Counted from the first letter of the whole stretch, positions 12,101 to 24,793 are shown. The stretch: DNA of 59,330 bases, filler included, from Catajapyx aquilonaris (GCA_000934665.2; 3 parts of 3 records of this genome joined end to end with filler, not necessarily neighbours in it), one strand, 5' to 3'. Notes: a model not told the origin generated them from the sequence alone. Numbers and translations: made by a program.

Positions 12101-13884
12101 ACTTGCAATTTCAAAATTCAATTGCTTTTGAACCAAGCATTTCCGCACTCTCGGAATAGTGTCATTCGATTCAGCTCATCAACCAATGATACAGAAACCT
12201 GCAAGATTTTTGTGGGGCTAAACCTGCACCGAAGCCTAATTATTGCTACAATATAAATTTATGTGGGTCATTTAGAACTTAATATGCACATCCCAAGTCC
12301 ATCCCTAGTAGCAAAGGATTGTGTGGATTTAGATCCTCTTTATCATTGATTTTACATGTTGCAGGCTCCTGTTTATGAGGACAAGGAGGACAGTGAGCAG
12401 TCCTTTTCTGATCTGAGTGACTCTGGGGATGAGTATATTCCTCCAAGTCGCTCAGATGACAAGACCTGTGCTCTCTTGAAGAGGAAGAGGAAGAAACGAA
12501 GAGGGAAGGTTGGTGTTGCCATATTAATTAGGGGCCATTTAAGTTTGCAATTTGTCTTTAGCGGAAGGGTGAGTTACTTCTGACTCCTAATGCAGTTCGT
12601 GATTCACATATTTGAGGCGAGAATGGGAGGTAGAGGAGATGAGCATTACATGGGTGAAAATGTTGGAAAAACCAGATCAACACACAAAACATTATCAGCT
12701 GTGTTCATAGTCAACACTTCATGTGAACTAGCTCACTAAAATACCTAGGCAAATGCTGTCCAATAGTTAAAAGCTAATAGCTTCACAGTTGAAAGTTGAT
12801 AAATTTAACTGAAAGAGTGCACAAGTACAAATGTTTGAATTCTAAGCCTGTCCATCATGTGGCTCTTGTCATGAAATTTGGAGTGTACCGCTGTTCAAAG
12901 ATGAGCTGCTGATTTTGGCAGATCAGACTTGAACATAATTATTATGCTGAGAACATTTTTATGTCGGTGGGAGTATGTTCTGGCTTAAGCTACCACTTGA
13001 TTCAAGATTGCCTTTGAGCTGTGATGGTGTGAAGGCTAGATTTTAATTGATTTTGCTTGCCATGATTGGATCAATGAATAACACTAATTCAGCTTAGAAT
13101 GTGTCTTTCATTTGTGCAGTAGTAATGTTGCATTTTTTAAAAGGGTAACTGCAACATGCAATCAGCTGAAACACATTCTTCAAGAACCACTGGAGACTTC
13201 CATATGGATGGTGCAACTTCAGATGATTTGAGTGTGGGCTTGAAAAAGAAGCCAAGGGAAAAGACAGCAAACAAGAAGAAGCCAGGATCAGTCCACACTC
13301 AAGTGAAGCAGAAGTTGACTAGTGATGAAAGACTCAGGTCTGATGATAGGCCATACCCATGCAGTGATTGTGATAAGAAGTATACTACAAAGTGGGGGTT
13401 ACAAAGCCATTGCAAGGATGTCCATCTTGGTGTTAAGCCTTACTCATGTGACATATGTGACAAGAAATTTATTTGGAAGTCTCACATGGTTGTTCACAGG
13501 AGGAGTCACACAGGAGAAAGGCCATTCCAGTGTGAATGGTGCGAAAAATGTTTTTCTCCAAGTTCTCATTACCACCTTCATGTTCGGATTCACAAGGGAT
13601 TGAAACCATTTCATTGCACCACTTGTGGCAAAAGATTTGTTCATTCAGGACATTTACACCGTCACATGTTAATTCACTCAGGTGAGAAGCCTTTTGAATG
13701 TAGCACTTGTGGCAAAAGATTTGTTCAGTCAGGACACTTACACCTGCACATGTTAATTCACTCAGGTGAGAATCCTTTTCAATGTGGCACTTGTGGGAAA
13801 AATTTCAACCTAAAAGGTAACATGCAACGCCATATGAAATTAGTGCATGGGCAAGGCATCAAGTTGCATATTAAGAGAAAATGA
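6175..13884 (+). CDS. C2H2 zinc-finger protein B (N-terminal module, acidic linker, 6 fingers)
   Basis: Phase-consistent open model: 6175-6343 (phase 1), 6716-6888 (0), 7265-7382 (1), 9348-9466 (0), 12365-12508 (0), 13144-13884, all GT-AG. Candidate exons at 9605 (interrupted by a foldback element) and 10397-10550 (apparent frameshift) must be skipped. The finger exon is certain; internal exon use is inferred. Confidence 0.75.
7634..9234 (-). mobile_element. Internally deleted DNA transposon with MULE/SWIM-type transposase remnant
   Basis: 98-bp TIRs (7634-7731 / 9137-9234, starting ACAAACGTCTGGCCAGAGG) and an exact 8-bp TSD TCTCCTTG (7626-7633, 9235-9242). Minus strand ~8363-9100 reads NTNMFLESYHQKLKYMY..KRVDKCI...CTCSDNLVKGNL*KHIHCV, a SWIM CxCx(n)CxH motif with Cys changed to TGA. 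Confidence 0.8.
9636..10249. mobile_element. Foldback / palindromic MITE (~615 bp)
   Basis: Left half (gttttacattc...tatacagggagtaaatgaattc...ttctaggggtgatagaggggacc) is the reverse complement of the right half over nearly its full length; no TSD found. Confidence 0.8.
11024..12236. mobile_element. Non-autonomous Merlin-family element
   Basis: Ends GGTAACGGTGCAG and revcomp GGCTTCGGTGCAG; exact 8-bp TSD TAATTATT (11016-11023, 12237-12244); subterminal sequence shared with the element at 34500-37225. Confidence 0.85.
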
Positions 13885-14295
13885 ATTTTCAAAAATCCCA
13901 AGACAGCTTCAAACTTTGTGGGAATTGTTACATATTCGTCATACATCTGGGCATTGGATTTAAGGCAGTCTCATTATTCACCATATTTTTAACCAGCCCC
14001 ACTAATTTGGTTCAATATCATCAGGACTGATATGCAGTCTGGAGATTTGTAATTAAAGCCAGATAGCTCTACTGATGCAAGTGTTATGGTAGTCTAATGG
14101 AGATGTTTGCAGGGCGATTTGAGACTGCAAACAATGCCATATACTGTATACATAAGTGGACGGAAGTATGCACACCTCAATGGCAGAGTTGTTGCCTCCT
14201 TTGTTGCCACATTGCTATGCAGGTTATCTGAAAAGTTTGTTGAAAATTACTTAGCATGGCAATCCATTTATTACCAATTACACTAATACGCAAGG

Positions 14296-15302
14296 TTTTG
14301 TTGTTTTGAAATGGAAATGTCTATCTGAATGGATTTTCTCTGCAGATTACGAAAATGGCATTGAAAATCTCCTATTACGTCCAGTTTTCGAGTTACAGGG
14401 TGTGTCATAAATTCATGTGGGTATGTCCACATGTCCAGTGCATAACCTCGATGGAGTTGACCTACAGCAACGTCCTTACACCACATTGTTGTGACACTCA
14501 TCCTTGTTACCACCACCAATATTCATTCCGATTGCATCATTCCACTGGGAGTTATGCACCTCACAAGGTATAACAGTGTGGGTCCGAGGTGCATATCGTT
14601 GAACTTGCGGTCATTATATAAAATCATAATTAAGTATAATTAATCGAGAAAACATTAATATTGTGATGTTGTACGATGAGTAGGTGGCGATGCTCTATCA
14701 TACACCATCATCAAATAAAGTGCAAGACAATTCAAGAGGGATCAGGACCATTTGGAAGAGACCTCCACCCATCCACAAAATGAGTAGTGTTGCAAACTTT
14801 GCGCCTTCCCGATAAATTGCCGTTGTGCATGGGAGGGGATCTCTTCCAAACACTCTTGATACGTCTGGAAATGTTGGGCACTTTATTTGATTATGGAATA
14901 TGACGGAGCATTGCCACCTACTCATTGTACAATATCACAATGTTATCTCGATTAATTCCATAATTATGATTTTATATAATGACCGCAAGTTCACAGATAT
15001 TCACCTCCGACCCACACTTTTACACCTGAGGTGCATAACTCCCTATTGGAATGATGCAATCGGAATGAATCTTGGTGGTCGTAACAAGGATAAGTGTCAC
15101 AACAATGTGGTGTAAGGACGTTGCTGTAGGAGTGTAGGTCAACTCCATCCATGTCACACGCTGCACTTGTGGACATACCCAAGTGAATTTATGACACACC
15201 CATTAACTCGAAAACTGGACGTAGTAGGAGATTTTCAATGTCATTTTCGTAATCTGCAGAGAAAATCCGTTCGGATGCGGCTGTTTATTTCAAAACAACA
15301 GA
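14296..15302. mobile_element. Long-TIR non-autonomous element (~410-bp arms, ~190-bp spacer)
   Basis: 14296-14705 matches the reverse complement of ~14895-15302 (e.g. ctctgcagattacgaaaatg / cattttcgtaatctgcagag). Confidence 0.75.
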
Positions 15303-16120
15303 CAAAAAATGTCAAAAAAAATGCAGATCAGTGTTATTATTTACAAGTTCACTTGCAACTGTACCTACTGAGAAAGCCCATCATTATTTCACCTCAAGAC
15401 ATATGGTGGTGACTGTTCAATTCATGTTGTTTTAACAAGTGTAGAATATCCTTATTCCACAGCACAACCCAACAATAATTAATTTTTGTCATAGCATAGA
15501 AAATGTATCGTTGAATAAATAAAAGCTCTCAATGTCACACTGACTTTGAGTTTCCCTTTTTTTTTGTTTGCCCTGTTTAGATCAAATCAATCATAATAAT
15601 TTTACGAATATGATTTTTTAAATGGTTTTGATGAATTTCTCTGCAGCACATATGCAAAATGATGACAGTTATGTTGATATGAATGCCGAGAGAATTGTCA
15701 TGAGCAAATGCAACAGTATTCCAGCCTGAACAATGTTCTTGTGATCCATTCTAGCAACAGAAAAAGTGTCTCAAGAGCATCACACAGAGAATTAAGAATT
15801 GATGATCCATGGGAGAGAATGATGCCCTTTTAACGTTTTGCAAAAGCCATAATTTAGGGAATCGCATCTTTCCCATTAAGCGCTATCCGTTCCATATTAG
15901 TTCTTAACAGTAGCGGTTCCTTGACCCCAACCGCTACGCGATTTTATCCCCCACCCTGAATCCAACATGGCGTCCGTTGCGAGGATTTTCTCTCTTTGAG
16001 ACGTTTGTTGGTCCGGATCACGGTCCGGATTGTGGTTGGAACAGGGTTGGTTCGAGTCATAGGTCGTCAAGTTCTGTGTCGGGTAGTTGCAGAGGGGAGA
16101 CGATAGAGGAACAAGCCAAC

Positions 16121-17887
16121 ATGGCCCCCGTGGACCTGGAGCTGATGATGGAGACGGTCTTGGTCACGAGACGTCTCCTGGAGCTGATCTTGCCTCGACT
16201 GGAGGCACTGGAGGAAGGTGTGGGGGCCATTAAGGAGTGGGCCTGGTGTGGGGGGTGCCGCATCAGTGAAAAGGAAGAGGGTGAGTTCAAGGGGGAATTT
16301 GACATGATGTGATGTGGTTGTACTGTATGACAAGTGGGGGCATTCCAATCAGGGCTGGCAACCCTCTCAAATTAAAATCAATCGTAATAATAATATGCCA
16401 CGTCTGCCATAGGGTAAAGACTCTTCAGTTGCAGATAATCCAGGCAACTCACCTTCTGAAGATCTCACTTGTTCAGTTGATGCTCAAGTTGGAAATGGAG
16501 ATTCCGTGCCTGTGGGCAGCATCGAAGCTGCAATGGACCAGTGCATGGTGGAGGAGGAGGTCAAGGTGGAGAATGAAGGACCACAAGAGATCAACTGCTG
16601 GGTGAGGATGACTGAAATTGCTCATTTATTTGGTATGGCTAGGTCAAATGAAATGGCGAGCACAAATATTTCAGGGATATGATACCTTATTGTGCAATAA
16701 CGGACTGAGTCATATTTTTGGATCATAAACATACTACAAATCCATGGTGTAAACTAACTGGTATTACTCGGTTTAATTGTAAAATACCATTATAATGACT
16801 CAATTAACTCTAAAGAGGTGGTCAATGTCAATGTCAATCTGGTCAAAACAGTCATGATGAGAACAGAAATTTCCAAATGCCAGCTGTGTAAAGTCAATTT
16901 TTCATTGTTTGCAATGGAAGTGAAATAATTGTTGATGACCAATGGAAATTGCTTACATACCAATTTCATTGTGCAATGAAATTTGTTGACCAGTGCGACT
17001 ACAGATGGCAAATTTTCCATTACAGAGTTTTTGTTTAAAGCAAATATGAAATATTGTTAGTTAACTAGCAAAGTGTTTCCCCTTGTAATGGTAGAATCAA
17101 GACTGTGAATCTGAAGAAGAGAGAACAGCCAGAAACATGGGTGAAACTGGTGCCCTCTTGTGTGCGATTCAGGCGGATTCAGATGTCAAAGTTGGCAGTT
17201 TGGCAAAAACAGGTATGGTTGGCATGCACACAGGTTTTATCATCATTGACATCATAACTGACAAACGCCCAGGGTGAAATGCTGTGGTACTGGAGGGTCA
17301 CTTCATGTAGAGATGTCATTTTGCCTTGAAGTGTTAAGCATGATGATGAATTTTGCTTGTAAGAGGCAATGGGAATAATCACAGAAAATGCGTACAAGCA
17401 CAGAGGAAAGTCCTCATTGCTCTTCCCATAATATGAGTAGATTATCTGCTCCACTCAGATATTGAACTCTGGCTGTAGAACTATATGGCTGTGGTGTACC
17501 GGCGTACTAGAACTATGATCATGCCAACATGCTGTTCTTTTTACAACTCATATTGAAGAAAAACCAGGGGTAGTTGCGACTTATGATGATGAGTTGGACT
17601 GAAAAGTCTGTTATTATAGTGTTACACCAACACCTACTCTATTTGTGACATGTGTACTTGCCAAGTAAACGAGATTCCTGCGGGTCACAGGGACTGGAAT
17701 GTGCTTTCCCTTTTCAGTTGCTGATGACATTCCAGGCAACTTTCCTCCTGAAGCTCTCACTTCAGTCAATGCTCATGTTGAAACCGGAGATTCTTTGCCT
17801 GTGGAAAACATAAAAGCTGAATTGGACCAGTGCAAGACAGAGGAGGTGACGGTGGAGGATGAAGGACCACAAGGAATTGGCAGTTGG
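16121..17887 (+). CDS. ZF-family gene C, 5' exons only (finger exon not seen before the gap)
   Basis: Open, phase-consistent exons 16121-16280, 16429-16601, 17095-17212 and 17718-17887, paralogous to gene B exons 1, 2, 3 and a second copy of exon 2. Confidence 0.7.
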
Positions 17888-18012
17888 GTGAGGATGAAAT
17901 TGCTCATTCATGGGGTCTGAGGGATCAAATGAAATAGAGAGATGAAAAATTAAAGGGCTATGACAGTGATGGTGTAAATTGGCCTTATTTTTAAAACCAT
18001 AAATATATTGTA

Positions 18013-18383
18013 GGGGAGGCGGAGTGGTGCAGCATTACATGTAATAGTAATATGCAATTATGCACCCGCAGATATAAGGTTTCCGGGTTCGATCCCAAGC
18101 CAAGGATCTCTCCCCTTCATCTCGTGAGGAGTTGGGTAGTCTCTGGCTTTGCCTCCAGTGGGATTTCCGCTAGACTAACCACACAGGGGAGTGCACAAAA
18201 TGACCATAGCTACGACATTGCACACACCTTGCACATCCCCTCCCAGTCACCCTGTCCTTGGGCCAGGGCCCTTCATACAAAAGTTCTGATGTACTGTACA
18301 ATGCTGTACATTTAAACCTTCAATAAATGTCCGTGCAATATACCCCAAGGGGTATGTAAGCACTACCCAGGATTATCATCATT

Positions 18384-18453
<70 letters not shown>
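18013..18453 (+). mobile_element. tRNA-derived SINE with (ATC)n tail
   Basis: Head GGGGAGGCGGAGTGGTGCAGC (A box) and GGTTCGATCCC (B box); body similar to the 24936-25297 copy; ~80-bp ATC tail. Confidence 0.75.
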
Positions 18454-18601
18454 GTCTGAATTGGGGAGGGTTGGGGGTGGAAGGTGGGATGGGTAGTTTA
18501 TAGTTTTATATTTCAAAGTGCAACCAATGTGAGTAGAAAACACTGGACAATGTACAGACACCATGTAGAAATGTAATAATACACGGAGGAGACGTGCAAC
18601 A

Positions 18602-19700
18602 GGTAAGGGTGCAGTTTAGAGCCGCAAAAGTCTTCCAGGTTTCTATTTATTTTCTGAATCTACTCGATGAGATGAGTCGAATGACACTATTCCTAGTGTG
18701 CGGAAATGCTTGGTTCAAGAGTAATTGAATTTTGAAATTGCAAGTAATAACAATGAATAAATGAAAATAAACTAGTGTTCCTTTGTTGAAACAGTTTACT
18801 CCCATTGTTGAGTGAATGAATATCCTTGGTGATTTTAAGCGTAGTTTGGGGGTTGGGTGTTCGCAGAAATACTGTCCGCCTTGTGGTGGCGTAGATGTGG
18901 GTGTTGCGGATGTGGATGTGGCAAAGCCACAATAACGTTCGTTGGCCTGCGGCGCCACAAGACGGACAGTACTGGTGCGGTCACTCCAACGCCTCACAGA
19001 TAACACCAACACAATAAGCGGTGGAATATAAACGTAATTTGGGGGTTGTATGTTCTAGCATCACTGTCCGCATTGTGGCGGCGTAGGTGTGGGTTATGCG
19101 TGATGTGGGTGTGGCAAAGCCACAATAACGTTCGTTGGCCTGCAGCGCCACAAGACGGACAGTAAATGTTGCGGATACAGAATCCCACAATAAGCGCCCA
19201 GCTCCGCTATCGCTCCGCAAAGACTAAAAATATCATGCACAGGCGACGTACCGTGCCTGGCAGGGCCACAAGACGGACAGTACTGGTGCGGTCACACCAA
19301 CGTCTCACAGATAACACCAACACAATCAGAGTGGGGCATGCCTTGAGTAAAAGCTTAGGATTAATTTTACGGCAACACTTGTTGGCGGGCAAGAGGCCTC
19401 GAGCAGTGGCCCAGGAGATACCAAGCAACCTCCCTCCTTACTTCCAGGAAGGCTTGCCCAATTATTCCTGATAAGCACCAATGCAATGCCTCGGCCATGG
19501 ACGCTCCTGAATGATGTTAAATTATACTCCTACACTCTCGTTCTATGTCCAACGAACCAAGAACAACCGTTTATTTACATCATTCAGCATCCCTCACAGC
19601 ACGTTTCCACGGAGAATCACCTGACGCAACAATGGGAGGGAACAGTTTCAACAAAGGAACACTTGTTTACTTTCATTTTACTCATTGTTATTACATCATC
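18602..19700. mobile_element. Non-autonomous Merlin-family element, truncated near the gap
   Basis: Starts GGTAAGGGTGCAGTTTAGAGCCGC, identical to the 37225 terminus. Carries ~50-bp internal subrepeats (gccacaataacgttcgttggcctgc...acaagacggacagta) and a fragment of the transposase 5' end (minus strand SWATARGLLPANKCCR). Confidence 0.8.
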
Positions 19701-19719
19701 ATCATCATTTACTTCACGG

Positions 19720-19819
19720 NNNNNNNNNNNNNNNNNNNNNNNNNNNNNNNNNNNNNNNNNNNNTTAATTAATTAANNNNNNNNNNNNNNNNNNNNNNNNN
19801 NNNNNNNNNNNNNNNNNNN
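19720..19819. other. Artificial contig linker
   Basis: 44 N + TTAATTAATTAA (stops in all six frames) + 44 N; identical to 39527-39626. Confidence 0.95.
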
Positions 19820-20311
19820 GACCATGGTGACCCCTATGAAAATCGCCACTAAATTAATCTCCCGACTTTCCCCCACATGAATATGGTTTTTGGTTAACAT
19901 CTCAATGTTTTTAATGAAGCTAGGGACACTTTTCTCGAGGCCCGCAGACCGGCTCCCATAAGGCTCCATGCATAAGGGGCCGCCAGAAGCCCAACTTTGA
20001 AAATTAATATCTCAAAAACGAGATAGACGAACCTCTTGAAACTTCCCAGGAGTATGTGCGACATGCCCAGGAATGGATGGTGTGATTTTCACGAAATTGT
20101 CAATGAATGGACTTAGCGCAAGAACTACCTTAATCCTGAACAAGGTAACTTATGTAAGTGAAACTCTTGAGCAATTGCAAAGCTGAAGGCAGGTCAATTT
20201 CAAAGAGGAAACAGAATACAGTCCATGAGTATATTTCATGGTGTCCCGCTTTCCGATCACTGTTACATTCTGTCAACATCATTGTCACCAACACGAGTAT
20301 CAAGGCTCGCA

Positions 20312-20588
20312 TGCAATTCGTTTTTCGCTACGCGGAACGGTAAACCCAGGGCGAGGTGTCAAAGTGTGTCGTCTGGTAATGAGCGGCGCCGCCACGCGGG
20401 GAACTGGAGGGCTGCACCGCTCTGGGATGGGCCTAGCTAAGCGCGCGGGCAGGCGGGAGCAGCTCTCCAGTTCCCAACGTCCCGAGGGCGTCGTTGGCGG
20501 TCGGCCAGCTTCTAGCGCACTATTTGAATTTCCTCAATTTGACCCCTCGCCCTGGGATTACCGTTCCGCGTAGCAAAAAATGGATTGC
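20312..20588. mobile_element. Small GC-rich MITE (~50-bp TIRs)
   Basis: tttcgctacgcggaacggtaaacccagggcgaggtgtcaa matches the reverse complement of ttgacccctcgccctgggattaccgttccgcgtagcaaaa. Confidence 0.7.
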
Positions 20589-20969
20589 ACCTTCGGATTC
20601 ATGATTCTTTGCCCGATTTTTAGAGCTAAACTTGTTTTTTGAGTGGAGTGTCCCTTTAAGTGCTTCTGCATCCACATCAGCAAAAACCCAATTAAATGTC
20701 ACTTGAGCTAACTCCATCACAGGCTTAAAGATTTAACAGTAAATGATTGCAGTAAGTAACAGATGGAATTAGAGCGATGGAGAGGATCTTGAAAGGCAGA
20801 ACGATATTTCTCAGTTTTCCAGGAAAAGTCCTACATTAATTTATGACATGTAGGAATCAATTCACTTAACTCTAGGAAAGGTGCTTTTTCTTTGTCGTTC
20901 AGAAACCGTCAGAAGTAGAATATAACTACAGAGATAAGGTCACAGTCGGAACGTCGTAGTTCGGTTATT

Positions 20970-22460
20970 ATGAGACGAATATCTACTGTGATTCAGGTGG
21001 AAGAGGCCAGACACTCTGAAAAAGATGACCCCATGAAAGAGGAAGACGCGTTTTGGACAGCGGTCAGACCACTGGCCATGTTGGCCACCTTCGGAGGAAT
21101 CGCTCCTTGTCCATGGCCCAGGAAGGAGGAGAGTTGGAAGTGGCATCATCGGTGGCCTGCAATGGTTCACTTTCTTCTGCTGGCCACGTACATCGCATCG
21201 TTTATTTGGTTCCCATTAGAAGAGTGGCGGAGTAGCAACAAAGCGAGTAAAACGGATTACGTAACATTTATGTTTCTGCGAACAGTCACATTCGGAAGTC
21301 CTTGGATTAATTACATTCTGGTTCAAGCATCTCTACCCAAAATATGGAGGCTCATCCTCCGATTTTCTCGACTGAACATGACACGACACGTAAAGACACT
21401 TCGTCGATGGTCCACGTCGTTAATGATCGCTACTATTGCCTCGCCTCTACTTGTAGCCTCAGTGTATATTTATTTGTATGCCAGAAGTGATGGTGTCCTG
21501 CTTGTACCGAGCAACATGTTCGGCGTATTAATGAAGTGGCACTCCTTAATGATTTTTTATCTAATTCCTGTTGTAATAGTGTACTTGGTTCAAGTTATTC
21601 GGGTTTCGCTGATCGACTGTAACAAGCAATTTGCGCAGGTATGTGCTACTTTAAATATGTCTGCCAATGGGCCGAAGAATTATGACCAAAAATTAATTAG
21701 AAAGCTGACCTTTGCCACTGACCAGTTTCGAGAATTGTGCCTTTTGGTGAGAATCATGAGCAGGACCTTTGGACTGTGCATTGTGGTTGTGTACCTCATG
21801 CTCATTGTATGGGTCACTGGTGTCATGTTTTATTTAGTTATGGTTCCACTGGACAATATATTTCTTAACTGTGATGTTCTTAATCAACATTGGCTTCATC
21901 ATGTCAGCAGCTGCTGCATTCACTGTTATTTTGGGATCGGTTCCACGAGTAGTAAGTATACCACGACAAAAACTCAGATTTGACAGCATCTTCATACATG
22001 ATGCCAAATCTAGTGCATCTCGTAGAATCGATATAGTTCGCAATAAATTAAGGCAATATTTGCCATTTCAGAGCACCTTGTCATTGCCACACCTCATTTT
22101 CGCGAATCGATTTGCCACCGACTTCAGAGTGAAGGCAAACGTACGTATCTCTTCGCAGATTCGCATTCTTCTACAGTATAATTATATTTCAAAACAATAT
22201 ACTCTGCCTCTCCTAAGCTGGATTCACTCATCCAAATGATGAGCAGCGAACCAATGGAAATTACTGCTGCCTATTACTTCACAGTCAAGCGAGGACTACT
22301 CACAGCGGTAATTATTTTACTAAAATGTCGTCTCCAAATTATTTCGTCCAGAGCATTGTCCTAACATGTGTAACATCATATTTTGTAGGTGGCTGGAACT
22401 ATCACAACGTACCTGATTGTGCTGGCACAATTCAGTGGAGGCGAAGATTCCAGTAAATGA
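20970..22460 (+). pseudogene. Gustatory receptor GR-1, single frameshift in exon 1 (pseudogene or sequence error)
   Basis: Exons 20970-21951, 22072-22140, 22218-22307, 22389-22460; C-terminal TYLIVLAQF motif. Homology to paralogs switches frame near 21855-21870. Confidence 0.8.
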
Positions 22461-22563
22461 AGCTGACGGAGATACTCCCGTACCGTAACAGAGAAGAAGG
22501 TTTTGCACAACTACATGTACACCCTCCATACGTAAGTACAAATTCTAGTTTCATAGATCAGAC

Positions 22564-22707
22564 CAAGGGGGTAATCACTCGACTGAAAAGTGTACACTGG
22601 AGTACCAAATTCAAGGAGTACCACGGAGTAATAAAGAGTGAGGTCCCCGAGGAGTACCAGGGAGTACCACTCCCAGGTGTACACCGGAGTACCGAAGTTG
22701 GAAGTTG
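22564..22707. mobile_element. 144-bp insertion with 8-bp TSD
   Basis: GATCAGAC at 22556-22563 and 22708-22715; CAA...TTG ends; internal GGAGTACC repeats; absent from the paralogous site at ~32350. Confidence 0.65.
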
Positions 22708-23263
22708 GATCAGACGTTCAAAATGTATCGGTTACATCATTATATCGAGAATATCGAACACAATGTGTATAGCAATAATTTTTCTTTGTTCTTTTCACGC
22801 ATGAGGGACATGTTACACGAAAGATTTTTCAATAATGAATGACAATGGCTTAGGAAGTGAATAAGAGCCTCTATGCTACTACGCTAGTTAGATATCGAAT
22901 GCCATTATCATTAGGATGAAAAAAAAATGATTTACCACCTTTCGCACTAATATCAATACACACTTGCCATATTTCTCGTCTCCATTGTACATGCCACAAC
23001 AATAAGCAGGCCCATAACAAAAGAGGGCTCAATTAATTGACATTATTCCACCCCACCCGACCTCCTTGGCGCCGATTGCCTTGAGAAGAAGCATTCTGTG
23101 AGCACTTCATGTTGAGGTGCAACGCTAGGTTTATGCGATCGTGAAATTTTGAAAGTTTCATAACCTTTTACTAAAGGATATTTGGAAAGCAATATTTAAT
23201 TTACTGCCATTGCTCTTGCACGTGATAGACCAAACGGTACCTTCAAAAATTATTAATTCGATA

Positions 23264-24770
23264 ATGCCATTCCGAATATCTACTGTGACGCAGGTGGAAG
23301 AGGCCAAGAAGTCAGAAGATACTGCGAAGGAAGACGCGTTTTGGAGCGCGTTCAGACCACTGTCCATCCTGGCCACCTTTGGAGGAATCGCCCCTTGTCC
23401 TTGGCCTAGGAAAGAGGAAAGTTGGAAGTGGTACTATCGGTGGCCTGCAATGGTGCACTTCATTCTGATGGCCACGTATATAGCAGTGTTCCTCTGCTTC
23501 CCACTAGAAGAGTGGAGTGATCAGAAGCGGAATGACAACGGTGGAACAGAAGGGGCAGTGTTCCTGGGTGTGCTTGCAGTCATACACGCAGGTCCTTGGA
23601 TCTGTTACATCCTGGTTCAAGCATCGTTGCCGCAAATATTAAATGTGATCCAGCGATTCTCTCGACTTACCTTAAACCAGCACGAAAAGACACTACGTCG
23701 ATGGGCCACCTCGTTGGTTGTCTTTACCATCGTCTCGCCTGTGCTTTCCCTCTTTACGTCTATACTCAAGAATGCCAGCCAAGGAGTCCTGCTTGTGCCC
23801 AGACACATGTTTGCTGTATTCATGAGGTGGCACAGCTTATTTCTGTTCTACTTAATTCCTGCTCTAATAGTATTTTTGGTAAACATTCTCCGTCTACTGC
23901 TTACTGAATTTAGCATGGAAATCACTGAAATATGTGCTTCGATACGTAAGTCTCCTAATGAACAAAGGAATTATGGCGACAGAATGTCACAAAAGTTGAC
24001 CTCTGCCACTGACCTGTTTCAAGAAATTTGCCCATTGGTGGGATCCATGAGCAAGACTTTCGGAATGTGCATTGTGGTCTTGTATCTCATATTCATCGTG
24101 TGGATCACAACTTTGCTCTTTATTTTATTTATGATGACACAAGATACTTTATTAAATATTGCTTTTTACATCACCATGGTACGCGAAATATCTTCGGCAA
24201 TTGCATTCACTCACATTTTGGGATCTGTTCCACGTACAGTAAGTATTTTAACACTTCAAAAATTACAAATTCCAATATATTCCGACAAAATTACCTGTTC
24301 TCTAAGAAAAACACTTATTGGGACAGGTATTCAGAGATTCACTGAGTTTGAAAGAACTTAACGACAATTTTCATTTCAGAGTACAAGTTCATTACCAAAC
24401 CTCGTTTTCGCCAATCGTGTTGTCACAGACCAGAGAATGAAGGCAGATGTAAATATCCTCTCATTTATTTTTGCAAATACTGTATGTTAGCGTAACATGT
24501 TTTCGAACTAATGACCGTATCTCCTAAGCTGGAATCACTGATGCAGATAATGATCAGCACACCAATGGAGATAACCGCTGCAGATTACTTCACAATCAAC
24601 AGAGGACTACTCACAGCGGTAAATACATAGCTGTCGTTTAAAAATAATGGGAGCGAGATCAATCATGTACTGTATGAGTACATTTGTCACTTACACAGGT
24701 GGCTGGATCTATAACAACATACCTGATTGTCCTGGCCCAATTCAGAGGAGCAGAAGTGTCCAGTAAATAA
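23264..24770 (+). CDS. Gustatory receptor GR-2 (7tm_7), 401 aa
   Basis: Exons 23264-24238, 24380-24448, 24529-24618, 24699-24770. Three C-terminal phase-0 introns, multiple hydrophobic helices, ITAADYFTINRGLL and TYLIVLAQF (TYhhhhhQF signature). Confidence 0.93.
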
Positions 24771-24793
24771 TCCATACTGTATCAGTGATAGAG

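Noticed and set aside
23210..24361. Single-exon 383-aa receptor as in the ORF track (likewise the other GR ORFs)
   Set aside because: The ORFs start at non-ATG codons or read into intron 1; the conserved C-terminus is on downstream spliced exons.
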